Virus record (IMG/VR): IMGVR_UViG_3300032046_003126
Location: 1 to 64,000 of that record
Direction: 5' to 3' (one strand)
Source of the DNA: a virus
DNA: 64,000 bases
Positions within the stretch are counted from its first letter, which is position 1, and each line of letters begins with the position of its first letter. A program made the translations under genes and the position numbers. This document shows positions 1-9,616 of the stretch, in pieces. A model generated the notes under the pieces. That model was not told the origin of the DNA and ran no database searches. It worked only from the letters and a program-made list of their open reading frames with translations.

Positions 1-2
1 CT

Positions 3-743
3 CCTGCTAGAAATAAACATGGGAAATATGAATTTTTAAATGATTCATATAATGAAATTAATAATTTTCCAATAGAATTATTAAATAAAATAAAATATAA
101 AGAAAAAGAAATAACAACAACAACAACAACGAAAGAAATTAAAGAAAAAGTAAAAAAACAAAAAAAGGTTTTTAATAATATATGGTCAAAATATAAAATT
201 AAAGAATTGAGAGATAAAATAAACAATGGAGAGAAAATTCCAAATGGTTTAAGAAATACAATAATACACAAACTATTATCTTCTGATCGAGCTAAAGGGG
301 CTGTTTTAAATGATTTGATTAACAATGCTGAATTTTATTATAATTCTTTAGAAACAAAAGAAACATTTTCAAAAGAAGAATTAAAAACTATTGTTTTTTC
401 TGTATTAAAATATCCAATTTATAATCAAGAACACGAAAAAGTAATTTCTGGTTTTGTCAAATATAATAAAAAAATAAATGAATTATTTATTGAAACCGAA
501 GAATCTGTTAAAAAAATAGATGACATGTTTTTTAATAGTCTTAAAACAGGAGAATATTGTACTTCAATACAAAATTTAATTAAAACAAGACAAAATTTTT
601 ATAAAGAAAACAAAATAGTTGTTTATCCACACTACAGAGTCCAATTATTAGCTAAAAAATTAGTTGACTTAGGATTTAAAAAACAAAGAACTAGTAAAAG
701 TAATTTGTGGAATGTTAATTTGAGTGATTATACAAATATATAA
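3..743 (+). CDS. 5'-truncated ORF, probable prim-pol/PriCT-1-type replication protein (C-terminal part)
   Basis: The frame is open from nt 3 (PARNKHGKYEFLND...FPIELL), upstream of the 207 start in the track. It has a P..H.G.Y.F...P..L prim-pol tail-like pattern followed by IPNGLRN, a PriCT-1-like GxRN motif. Confidence 0.4.
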   Translation, partial: PARNKHGKYEFLNDSYNEINNFPIELLNKIKYKEKEITTTTTTKEIKEKVKKQKKVFNNIWSKYKIKELRDKINNGEKIPNGLRNTIIHKLLSSDRAKGAVLNDLINNAEFYYNSLETKETFSKEELKTIVFSVLKYPIYNQEHEKVISGFVKYNKKINELFIETEESVKKIDDMFFNSLKTGEYCTSIQNLIKTRQNFYKENKIVVYPHYRVQLLAKKLVDLGFKKQRTSKSNLWNVNLSDYTNI

Positions 744-795
744 TTTTTTAGTATAAAGATGAATAGAGATAATCACGAAATTATAAAGGAGAAAT

Positions 796-1761
796 ATGAG
801 TAATTTAAAAAATTTAGGCACAATTGTTTCAAGAAGTGAGTTTAATAATATTCCAATTGAATATATAGTTCCTAAAAATACAAAAATAGTTTATGTGTCT
901 GATTTTATGGTTGATGAGGTTTCTGGTGGCGCAGAATTGACATCGGATGCTTTATTTGAAGAAGCACCATGTGATGTATTTAAAATTCATTCTTTATCTT
1001 TAACACCTAAATTTTTAAAGTTTAATAAAAACGTAGATTATATTATTGGTAATTTTTCCATGATGCCTGCGGAGTCCATAGGTTGTTTGATAGAAAACAA
1101 AATTAAATATTCAATAATTGAATTTGATTATAAGTATTGTATGTTTAGATCTGAAATGCTTCACAAACAACAAACAGGGCAATCTTGTGATTGTATGTTG
1201 AAACCAACTGGCATGTTAATTGAGGCTTTTTATGAAAATGCAGAAAAAATATTTTGGATGAGTGAAGCTCAAAAGGAACATTTTTTATCTAGAGTTCCTT
1301 CGTTAAATTTTTGTGAAGAAGGTAAACATGTAGTACAGTCTTCAACATTTACAAAAGATTCAATAGAAAAACTTTTGTTGCTAAGAAACCAAAGAGAAGG
1401 ATTGAAAAAATTACCAATTAAAATTTGGGCCGTGCAGGGTTCTCAAAACTGGATTAAAGGAACTGAGCAAACAATTAAACATTGTAATGAAAAAAGATAT
1501 GCAATGAGAGTATTACAAAATATGAAATATGATGAATTTCTATCAGAGCTATCAAAATGCGATGGTTTAGTATTTCATCCTATGGATTTCGATACTTGTC
1601 CTAGAATTGTAATCGAAGCAAAATTAATGGGACTTGATTTGGATTTAAATGAAAATGTTCAAATTAAAAACGAATCTTGGTTGAATGGATCCCATGAAGA
1701 GTTAATTGAATTCTTAAGTTCCAGACAAAAAAGTTTTTGGAATAATATAAAATATGATTGA
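796..1761 (+). CDS. Glycosyltransferase, GT-B (GT4-like)
   Basis: GGAELT N-terminal motif; DTCPRIVIEAKLMG equivalent of the Ex7E motif; SD AAGGAG upstream. Confidence 0.7.
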   Translation: MSNLKNLGTIVSRSEFNNIPIEYIVPKNTKIVYVSDFMVDEVSGGAELTSDALFEEAPCDVFKIHSLSLTPKFLKFNKNVDYIIGNFSMMPAESIGCLIENKIKYSIIEFDYKYCMFRSEMLHKQQTGQSCDCMLKPTGMLIEAFYENAEKIFWMSEAQKEHFLSRVPSLNFCEEGKHVVQSSTFTKDSIEKLLLLRNQREGLKKLPIKIWAVQGSQNWIKGTEQTIKHCNEKRYAMRVLQNMKYDEFLSELSKCDGLVFHPMDFDTCPRIVIEAKLMGLDLDLNENVQIKNESWLNGSHEELIEFLSSRQKSFWNNIKYD

Positions 1762-1888
1762 ATATACAAAAATAAATTTTGATGTTTGGTCAAAATAGGA
1801 AGAATAAGTTTTGAATTTTTCTTCATGTGTAAAAGAATTATTTAGCATGATAGTGTACTGTAAGGAAAAAACCAAGGACACTTAAAAA

Positions 1889-2902
1889 ATGGGAAAATTC
1901 ATTGAAGAAGAAGCATTAGAATATGCAGATGTATTTATTACTCCACAATATTCTGAAATAACCACGAGAAAATCTGTAGATACTAGTATAAAACTTCTAA
2001 ATCTAAATTTAGATGTTCCAATTATATCTGCCAACATGGATACGGTTTCTGAATCGGAAACTTGTATTTCAATGTATAAAGCTGGTGCCCTTGGCGCGAT
2101 GCATAGATTTTTATCAATAGAACAAAATATTTTAGAATATGAAAAGGTTAAAAATGCTAAGTGTGAGTGTTTTGTTTCTTTGGGTGTCAATGAAGAATCT
2201 AAAGACCGAGCAAAAAAACTTTATGACGCTGGAGCTAGATATTTTGTAATTGATATTGCTCATGGAAATTCTCTTATTATGAAAAACATGATTTTTTGGT
2301 TAAGAGAAGAATTTGGAAAAGAAATCACAATAATGGCTGGTAACGTTTCTGATTCCAGTGGAGTTGAAAACTTACGTGAATGGGGAGCAGATATTGTTAA
2401 AACTGGAATTGGAGGTGGGGCAGTTTGTTTGACTAAAAATATAACTGGTGTAACAAGACCACAATTTTCTGCTGTTTTAGATTGTTGTGAATATGGAAAC
2501 AGGGTTGGTATCCCAATTGTTGCTGATGGTGGTTTAAAAGAGCTAGGAGATGCTTGTAAGGCTATTGCAGCAGGAGCAGCGTTGGTTATGGCTGGAGGAT
2601 TATTCGCGGGGTGTAAAGAGACCCCTGGAGACATTCTTACATATTCAGAAGATGGAACTCCTCTAACAAAAAGTTATCGTGGTATGGCTAGTAAGGCAGC
2701 TATGAGAACAATTAAAAGAGAAGAAGACATGGCAACTCCTGAAGGCACTGCAATAAGTGTTAATTGTAGGAATGAATCTGTAGTTGATGTTGTAAAGGCA
2801 TTCAAAGGAGCTTTACAAAGTTCAATGAGTTATTCAAACGCTAAAGATATTTCTGAATTTCAAGAAAAAATAATTTTTGGAATCAAAAAACAAAGACATT
2901 GA
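1889..2902 (+). CDS. guaC: GMP reductase / IMPDH family enzyme, GMP reductase-like, no CBS domains
   Basis: SANMDTV, IDIAHG, AGNV, GIGGGAVC(catalytic Cys)LT, ADGG and YRGMAS...EG. The short flap lacks the IMPDH Arg-Tyr dyad. Confidence 0.75.
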   Translation: MGKFIEEEALEYADVFITPQYSEITTRKSVDTSIKLLNLNLDVPIISANMDTVSESETCISMYKAGALGAMHRFLSIEQNILEYEKVKNAKCECFVSLGVNEESKDRAKKLYDAGARYFVIDIAHGNSLIMKNMIFWLREEFGKEITIMAGNVSDSSGVENLREWGADIVKTGIGGGAVCLTKNITGVTRPQFSAVLDCCEYGNRVGIPIVADGGLKELGDACKAIAAGAALVMAGGLFAGCKETPGDILTYSEDGTPLTKSYRGMASKAAMRTIKREEDMATPEGTAISVNCRNESVVDVVKAFKGALQSSMSYSNAKDISEFQEKIIFGIKKQRH

Positions 2903-2908
2903 TTAAAC

Positions 2909-2937
2909 CATACTTTTTATGATGTATGATGTAACAT
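2909..2937 (+). promoter_or_regulatory. Putative sigma70-type promoter CATACT-N17-TAACAT, probably leaderless (ATG 6 nt after the -10)
   Basis: The same YATACT-N17-(-10) layout recurs at 3838, 15992 and 18301. Confidence 0.4.
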
Positions 2938-2943
2938 CATATT

Positions 2944-3810
2944 ATGAATAATACCAATGAAGATACTAAAATAAAGTTAAAAGTTATTAACGAGTTGTTG
3001 CCAACGGGCAAGTCCCACATTTCATTCTCAGAAATGATGGATTGGGTAGATTGCTCTTGGAAACATAAGTTAAAACACATTTCAAAAATTGATTTACAAA
3101 AAGAATCAGAACATTTAGTTTATGGTTCTTTAATTCATGATGCCATTGAAGAATACTTGAATGGTAGTAAACCACTTGACTGGGAAGTTACATCTTTGAA
3201 AGTAAGAGAAGAATTAGAAAAGTTAGAAAAGTTAAAAGAAACACCTGAAGTAATAGATGGTTTTGTTAATTCTATTAAAACAATTTTTGATGAGTTTCCT
3301 ACATGGTTGGAAAAAACATTTCCTAAATTTGAAATTGTTGAGGCCGAGCATCAATTGCAAGAATCAATAGAGAAAAAACCTGGAAGATTTTTCAAAGGAT
3401 TTATTGATATTATATTGAAATATCCAGTTATTCAAAAAGGCAAACCATCTTCGGAACCACTAGATTATGAATACTTGGTGGGAGACTGGAAAAGCACGAA
3501 CGCCACTTGGGGCAATGATAAAAGGAGCGATCAATATAAGCAAATGCAAATGATACTTTATAAGTATTTTTGGTGTAGAAAAACTGGAATAGATCCTAAA
3601 AAAGTAAAATGTGCATGGATTCTTTTGAAAAGATCAGCTAAACCTGGACAACATATCGAACTAATTCCTGTTTCTTCTGAAGAATCCGATATAGAAAGAT
3701 CGTTAATAAAAGTTAATGAAATGATTTCTATGGTAGAAAAAAAGATTTTTCACAAAAATAGAAATTCATGTAGATTTTGTGATTATCTTAATACGAAACA
3801 TTGTAATTGA
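2944..3810 (+). CDS. PD-(D/E)XK exonuclease, Cas4/AddB/RecB-like, probable 4Fe-4S cluster
   Basis: ISFS...DC, GSLIHDAIE, E..L, GFIDII, GDWKS, QMILY and C-terminal CRFCDYLNTKHC (1+3 Cys). Confidence 0.85.
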   Translation: MNNTNEDTKIKLKVINELLPTGKSHISFSEMMDWVDCSWKHKLKHISKIDLQKESEHLVYGSLIHDAIEEYLNGSKPLDWEVTSLKVREELEKLEKLKETPEVIDGFVNSIKTIFDEFPTWLEKTFPKFEIVEAEHQLQESIEKKPGRFFKGFIDIILKYPVIQKGKPSSEPLDYEYLVGDWKSTNATWGNDKRSDQYKQMQMILYKYFWCRKTGIDPKKVKCAWILLKRSAKPGQHIELIPVSSEESDIERSLIKVNEMISMVEKKIFHKNRNSCRFCDYLNTKHCN

Positions 3811-3837
3811 TATGGTTTATATTATATTAAATTTATT

Positions 3838-3866
3838 TATACTTTGTGTCGTGTCGGCAATATTAT
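3838..3866 (+). promoter_or_regulatory. Putative promoter TATACT-N17-TATTAT for the glycosylation operon
   Basis: Exact 17-nt spacing; followed by SD AAGGA and the ATG at 3888. Confidence 0.4.
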
Positions 3867-3887
3867 ATGATATAGTAAAGGAATAAT

Positions 3888-4889
3888 ATGAAATTATCTG
3901 GATATGTAACTACAAGAAATACTGTTGAAATGGATTATCCAATGGAAGAATCACTTAAATCTCTTTTAGAGTTTTGTGATGAAGTTGTTGTGATGGATTC
4001 TTCAAATGGAAATGATTCTACTAAAGATGTTTTAAGTGATTTAAGAAAACAAAACAATAACTTAAAATTATATACTGCTTCTGTAGATTGGTCTGCGCCT
4101 AATCATGGTGTGTTTGATGGTGCTTTAAAACAAGCCGCAAGAGAGAAATGTACTGGTGATTTCTTATGGCAATCAGATATTGATGAAATAGTAAAAAAAG
4201 AAGATAGAGCTAAATTAGAAGATTTACTTAAACAAACAAATTATCTTAAAGATATACCAATTTTATGTTTGCCCGTTGTTGAATATTGGGGTTCTTATAA
4301 TAAAACAAGAGTAGATGTCAATCCATGGAAATGGAGAGTGTCAAGAAATGACCCAGATATTACGCACGGAATTCCACTTTCTCATAGAAAATACGAAAAT
4401 GGATTTTTATATTCCAAACACGGCTCGGACGGCTGTGATTTTATTTCAAAAACAAATGGTAATCCAATTCAATCTTTGAATTTTATGAATCCACAAATTG
4501 AACAATTAAGAATAGCTGCTTTGCAAAATGAAGAAGCTAGAAAACAATATGAAATTTGGTTTAATCATATTTCATCTAACTTGCCAACCGTTTATCATTA
4601 TTCATGGTTTAGTATAAAGTCTAAAATTGAAAAATACAAATTATTTTGGACAGATTTTTGGCCAGCACTTTATAACGAAACTCAAAAAAATCAAAATATA
4701 TTTTTTGACAATATTCCATGGGAAGATGTTACCGAAGAAATGATTATAGCAAAGGCGAATGAATTAAAAGAAAAATCAGGTGGACATATTTTTCACAAGC
4801 CATGGAATGGGGAATCTACTCCTAGTATTGTTATTCAAAATAATCCTTATGAGTTAATGGAAAAATGGTGTGAAAAACACAAAATATGA
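3888..4889 (+). CDS. Glycosyltransferase, GT2-like
   Basis: LSGYVTTRN, FCDEVVVMDS...DST, and the DxD motif SDIDE. Confidence 0.8.
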   Translation: MKLSGYVTTRNTVEMDYPMEESLKSLLEFCDEVVVMDSSNGNDSTKDVLSDLRKQNNNLKLYTASVDWSAPNHGVFDGALKQAAREKCTGDFLWQSDIDEIVKKEDRAKLEDLLKQTNYLKDIPILCLPVVEYWGSYNKTRVDVNPWKWRVSRNDPDITHGIPLSHRKYENGFLYSKHGSDGCDFISKTNGNPIQSLNFMNPQIEQLRIAALQNEEARKQYEIWFNHISSNLPTVYHYSWFSIKSKIEKYKLFWTDFWPALYNETQKNQNIFFDNIPWEDVTEEMIIAKANELKEKSGGHIFHKPWNGESTPSIVIQNNPYELMEKWCEKHKI

Positions 4890-5830
4890 AAAAAAATGTG
4901 TTAATAACTGGAGGTGCTGGTTTTATTGGTAGTAATCTATATAAATTATTATCTAAAAATCCAAAATATCATGTTGAACTTGTGGATGATTTATCAGCAG
5001 GTGTTTTTTCAAATATACAAAATGTTTGTGATGAAGATTTTCATTGGTTAAGTTTTGATAGTGAGTTTATAACAAACAGAATAAAAACAAAATTTTACTC
5101 TTATGTGATACATTTAGCAGCCAAACCAAGCGTTCCATATTCTATAGAAAACATATATGATTCTCATGATGTTAATGTTTTTAAAACTCTGAGATTATTA
5201 GAAGCCTGTAAAGGAAATATAGAAAAATTTATTTTTGCGTCTAGTGCAGCAGTATATGGAAAGTCATTTGACTTAAAATGGTCACTTGGAATTCCAGAAA
5301 CAACAAGTCTGCAACCATTGTCTCCATATGCGTTACAAAAATTTGAAATAGAACAATATTTGAACATGATGAAAAATTTATTTTCTTTTGAGTTTTTAAC
5401 TTTTAGATTTTTTAATGTTTATGGACCAAATCAATATGCTGGACATCCATATGCTAATGTGATATCATCTTGGTTGCACAATATCAAACATAATCTTCCT
5501 ATAAGAATTGATGGAGACGGCACACAAAAAAGAGATTTTGTTTTCGTAGAAGATGTTTGTAATATTATAATTTATTCTCTATCAAATAAGTTTAAAAGCA
5601 ATGAATATAATTTAGGAACTGGTACGGTTGTTAGTTGTAACGATGTTCTTAAAAATTTAGAAACAGAATACAAAGATGTAAAAAAAATCTATTCTCCAAC
5701 AAGAATCGGTGACATCTATGAGGCTAAGGCTAATATAGATTTATTAGAAAGTGATTTAAAATATAAATTTATTGATTTTGAAGATGGAATTAAAAATACT
5801 ATAAAATGGTGGAATAATGATTGTAAATAA
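4886..5830 (+). CDS. NAD-dependent nucleotide-sugar epimerase/dehydratase (GalE/WbpP-like SDR)
   Basis: ITGGAGFIGS, HLAA, ASSAAVYG, YALQK (YxxxK), RFFNVYGP, GDGTQKRDF. Confidence 0.9.
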   Translation: MKKNVLITGGAGFIGSNLYKLLSKNPKYHVELVDDLSAGVFSNIQNVCDEDFHWLSFDSEFITNRIKTKFYSYVIHLAAKPSVPYSIENIYDSHDVNVFKTLRLLEACKGNIEKFIFASSAAVYGKSFDLKWSLGIPETTSLQPLSPYALQKFEIEQYLNMMKNLFSFEFLTFRFFNVYGPNQYAGHPYANVISSWLHNIKHNLPIRIDGDGTQKRDFVFVEDVCNIIIYSLSNKFKSNEYNLGTGTVVSCNDVLKNLETEYKDVKKIYSPTRIGDIYEAKANIDLLESDLKYKFIDFEDGIKNTIKWWNNDCK

Positions 5831-6626
5831 ATTAACAACAATAATATGTTCAAAAAATAGACCAATACAACTGTATGCTTTATTAGAATCTCTAAAAGAT
5901 AAAACAAATATTTCATTTAAAGATGTTAATGTTCTTTGTAAATATGAAAATAAATTTTTGGAATCTTTAATTGAAATAAAAAACACTTTTCCTGATGTGA
6001 ATTTTATTAGTGAGAATAGTTTTAAAAATGATATTTTAGAATTAATAAATGTAACAGATAAAAATTATTTAATGTTTTTGATGGATGATGATGTTATAAA
6101 GGAACAAGTTGACTTTGATGAAATAACAAAATATATGGATGAAAATCCAATTTTTGTATTCTCATTGAGAATGGGCAAGAACCTGAATTATTGTTATCCA
6201 GTAGATAAAAAACAAAGTATTCCTTTTGGATATGATATAGAAAATTATTTCATGTGGAATTTCAGAGAAGGTGAATTTGATTGGAATTACCCACTTAGTT
6301 TAGATGGACACATATTTCAAAAAAACGAATTTGATAAAATTATAAAAATGTTTAATAATTGGAATTCTCCAAATACATTAGAGGCCAACATTCAACCAGC
6401 CAACAACATTATTAATCCTATTTGTGTTTGTTACCAACAATCAAAATTAGTTAATCTTCCAATTAATAAAGTTCAAAATGATTTTAATAATCGTTTTGGG
6501 AATATCTCAGAAGGTTATTTGCTAAATGTTTGGAATGATAAGAAAAAAATAAATCTAGAAAAAATTTATGGATTAAATAATAATGGAGCACATCAAGAAA
6601 TAAGTTTGGAGTTTCTATCTAGATGA
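5817..6626 (+). CDS. Putative GT-A fold glycosyltransferase
   Basis: IICSKNRP..L..LLESL start, FLMDDD (DxD-like) and cluster context. Confidence 0.55.
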   Translation: MIVNKLTTIICSKNRPIQLYALLESLKDKTNISFKDVNVLCKYENKFLESLIEIKNTFPDVNFISENSFKNDILELINVTDKNYLMFLMDDDVIKEQVDFDEITKYMDENPIFVFSLRMGKNLNYCYPVDKKQSIPFGYDIENYFMWNFREGEFDWNYPLSLDGHIFQKNEFDKIIKMFNNWNSPNTLEANIQPANNIINPICVCYQQSKLVNLPINKVQNDFNNRFGNISEGYLLNVWNDKKKINLEKIYGLNNNGAHQEISLEFLSR

Positions 6627-7360
6627 AAGATAGATATCAAATAATTTTACCTGTTTATAATTGTGAAAAAACAATAATAAGAACTATAAATTCTATCTTA
6701 TATCAAACAGTTTTGGATGAAGAAACATATGAAGATTTCGGATTAACAATTATTGATAATAATTGTACAGACGAAACCATTGAAAAAATTATTAACATGG
6801 GTCATCAAATAAATTCAAAAATAGAATTTGAAATATTAGAATGCGACATAAAAGGAATAGTACCAGCATTAAACACAGGTTTGTTTAATAGTAGATTCTG
6901 TGATTATAGGTATGTTTTCAGACAAGATGGAGATGATCTTTGGTATCCAAACAAGCTTGAAAAACAGATAAATTTTTTAAAAAATAACAAAGATATAAAA
7001 ATCTTAGGAACGCAAATAAGGGCTGTCAATAACACAACACACGAACCTATAAACGAACAAATGAAACGCCCTACAAACGATTCCGAGATTAAACAATGGC
7101 TGTTTGGCAACATGAATCCGTTGGCACATCCCTCGGTTGTTTTTGATAAAGAAATTCTATTAAAAACAGGAGGATATGATGATTTTTTCCCCGTGGCAGA
7201 GGATTATGTTATGTGGTTGAAAGCATCTAAGTGGTTTAAATTTGCAAACCTAGAAGATACACTAGTGGACTACACAGTTAGTCACAATGTTAATTATGAC
7301 CCAAAAGTCGTACAAAAAGCATGTCAATTTTACAAAATATTATATAAACAACTAGGATAA
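6623..7360 (+). CDS. Glycosyltransferase GT2
   Basis: ILPVYN, IIDNNCTD, ALNTG, RQDGDD, HPSV, AEDY. Confidence 0.9.
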   Translation: MKDRYQIILPVYNCEKTIIRTINSILYQTVLDEETYEDFGLTIIDNNCTDETIEKIINMGHQINSKIEFEILECDIKGIVPALNTGLFNSRFCDYRYVFRQDGDDLWYPNKLEKQINFLKNNKDIKILGTQIRAVNNTTHEPINEQMKRPTNDSEIKQWLFGNMNPLAHPSVVFDKEILLKTGGYDDFFPVAEDYVMWLKASKWFKFANLEDTLVDYTVSHNVNYDPKVVQKACQFYKILYKQLG

Positions 7361-7363
7361 AAA

Positions 7364-7966
7364 ATGATACACTCAACAAATGATTTTTTTAAACACATTA
7401 TAAAAGTTTCTATTTGGTCAGACCCAAGCAGAAGACCAGGGTTTTTTAAGCAATACTGTGAAGGCAAAAATGTACTTCACATGGGTTGTTCGGATGCTCC
7501 GTTTCCATTTAATATACAAACAAGTTTACATTATCAATTAAGTTTATTTTGTAAAAATCTTGATGGATTTGATTTAAATTCGGACAATTTCCCTCAGATG
7601 GCCTCCGCAATTCCAGGAGGATATTTTACTGATACAAATCATTTACATGGACAAAAATGGGATGTTTGTTTAGTTCCAGAAACAATAGAGCATGTAGATA
7701 ACATTAAAGAATTTTGTGAATTTATAAATTCAATTGATGCGAAAACATTTATAATAACAGCGCCAAATGCATTTAATCCAAATAATAAAGAAAATATTTT
7801 ATTAAATGAAAACGAATATCTTGAATGTGTTCACCCTGATCACAAAGTGTGGTTCTCTCCTTATACGTTGACACATTGTATTAGAACATATATGCCTAAA
7901 GTTTCTATAAAACAAGTTTGGTTAATAGAAAAGCAACATATGGTAGCGGTGGTGTTTGAAAAATGA
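7364..7966 (+). CDS. Class I SAM-dependent methyltransferase
   Basis: VLHMGC, GFDL, WDV...ETIEHV, IITAPN. Confidence 0.75.
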   Translation: MIHSTNDFFKHIIKVSIWSDPSRRPGFFKQYCEGKNVLHMGCSDAPFPFNIQTSLHYQLSLFCKNLDGFDLNSDNFPQMASAIPGGYFTDTNHLHGQKWDVCLVPETIEHVDNIKEFCEFINSIDAKTFIITAPNAFNPNNKENILLNENEYLECVHPDHKVWFSPYTLTHCIRTYMPKVSIKQVWLIEKQHMVAVVFEK

Positions 7967-8646
7967 AAATAGGTTTATTAATAATTGCAACCGGAAAATA
8001 CATCCAATTTATTAATCCTTTACAGGAATCTATTAATAAATATTTTATGAAAAATCATGAAGTTACGACATTTGTTTTTACAGATTCAAAAGATTTTATG
8101 TCAAAACCAGGACAAAAAGTGATTTTTCAACAACATATTCCATGGCCTGGTTCTACATTATATAGATATAATATATTCAAAAGTAATGAAAAGAACATTG
8201 AAGAAATGGATTATTTATATTATTGTGATGCAGATATGTTATTTGTTAATGATGTTGGAGATGAAATTTTAGGTGATTTAGTAGCAACACAACATCCTGG
8301 TTTTTATAATAAACCAAGAGAATTATTCACTTACGAAACAAATCCTGAATCAAAAGCGTTTATTCCAAAAGACAAAGGAACAAAATATTTTATAGGTGCA
8401 TTTAATGGCGGCAAAACGTCAGAGTATTTAAAATTAATAACAAAATTAGCTCATAATACATCTTATGATACACGCCGTGGAATTATTGCAGTGTGGCATG
8501 ATGAATCTCACATGAATAGATATTTTATCGATAATGAACCAACTTTAATTTTGAGTCCATCGTATTGTTATCCAGAATTATTAAATATTCCATTTGAACG
8601 AAAATTATTAGCTTTAGATAAAAATCACTCGGAAATAAGAAAATGA
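7963..8646 (+). CDS. Family 6 glycosyltransferase (ABO / alpha-1,3-Gal(NAc)-transferase-like)
   Basis: IATGKY, FVFTD, YCDAD (DxD), YE.NPES.AFI, YFIGAFNGG, AVWHDESHMN, LSPSYCYP, LDKNH. Confidence 0.9.
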   Translation: MKIGLLIIATGKYIQFINPLQESINKYFMKNHEVTTFVFTDSKDFMSKPGQKVIFQQHIPWPGSTLYRYNIFKSNEKNIEEMDYLYYCDADMLFVNDVGDEILGDLVATQHPGFYNKPRELFTYETNPESKAFIPKDKGTKYFIGAFNGGKTSEYLKLITKLAHNTSYDTRRGIIAVWHDESHMNRYFIDNEPTLILSPSYCYPELLNIPFERKLLALDKNHSEIRK

Positions 8647-8752
8647 AAAATAGAGGATAAAATGAAAAATTTATGGGATTTTAAAAATAAAACAAGAAGA
8701 TAAAAATTATTTAGTAACAGTTTTTAATCCTTTGGAGTTTTGGAAAAGATAA

Positions 8753-9616
8753 ATGAGAAAAATATTAATATTTGGTGGAACAGGGATGATGGGAAGCATG
8801 TTGACTTCTTATCTTTTAAAAAGTGGTTGTAATATAACAATCACTTCAAGAAAACATTTAGATATACCTAATGTTGAAGTTATAGTGTTTGATGCAGAAA
8901 ATCAAAAAATACCAGATGTATCTGAATTTGATTGGATTATAAATTGTATTGGTATTATAAAACAAAGAAATCCATCTGATTGTAAAAAATATTATCAAAT
9001 AAATTCCATGTTTCCTTGGAAACTTCTAAACAAAGTTAATTTATATAATAAAAAATTAATACATATTTCTTCTGATTGTATATTTGATGGAATTTTAGAC
9101 GGCAATGAATCATATAATGTTTATGACATTCCTACAGCAACAGATGACTATGGATATTCAAAAGCACTAGGTGAGCCCGAAGGATGTATTGTGTTAAGAA
9201 CAAGTATAATAGGACCATCTAAAAGTGATTCGCTGGGGTTATTTGAATGGTTTAGAAATAATAAAGAAGAAATAATTTATGGATATAAACATTTCTGGTC
9301 TGGTGTAACAACATTAGAATTATCTAAAGTTATTGAAAAAATATTAACAAACAATTACTATCCCTCCAGAGATACAAAAAACATTTATCAAGTTTCTTTA
9401 AATGAGAGTATTTTTAAAACAACTCTTCTACAATATATAAATAAAATTTATAATCTTAAAAAAACAATTTCTAATAAAATTGCAGAAAATCCAAGTCACC
9501 AAATCATAAACAGAGGATTAAAAAATAATTTAAATGAATTATGTAACATACAAATAAAAGATATAAAAATACAATTACAAGAATTGAAAGAATGGGAAGA
9601 TAATGAAAAAAGTTAA
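8753..9616 (+). CDS. RmlD-like nucleotide-sugar 4-reductase
   Basis: GGTGMMG, INCIGIIKQ, HISSDCIFDG, YGYSKALGE, RTSIIG, WSGVTT. Confidence 0.85.
   Translation: MRKILIFGGTGMMGSMLTSYLLKSGCNITITSRKHLDIPNVEVIVFDAENQKIPDVSEFDWIINCIGIIKQRNPSDCKKYYQINSMFPWKLLNKVNLYNKKLIHISSDCIFDGILDGNESYNVYDIPTATDDYGYSKALGEPEGCIVLRTSIIGPSKSDSLGLFEWFRNNKEEIIYGYKHFWSGVTTLELSKVIEKILTNNYYPSRDTKNIYQVSLNESIFKTTLLQYINKIYNLKKTISNKIAENPSHQIINRGLKNNLNELCNIQIKDIKIQLQELKEWEDNEKS

Noticed and set aside
112-131. (ACA)n microsatellite, also near 51790-51836
   Set aside because: Short in-frame triplet runs encoding poly-Thr linkers; no evidence of phase variation.
2944-3810. CRISPR-Cas system suggested by the Cas4-like gene
   Set aside because: No repeat-spacer array or other cas genes are visible; solo Cas4-like exonucleases are common in phages.
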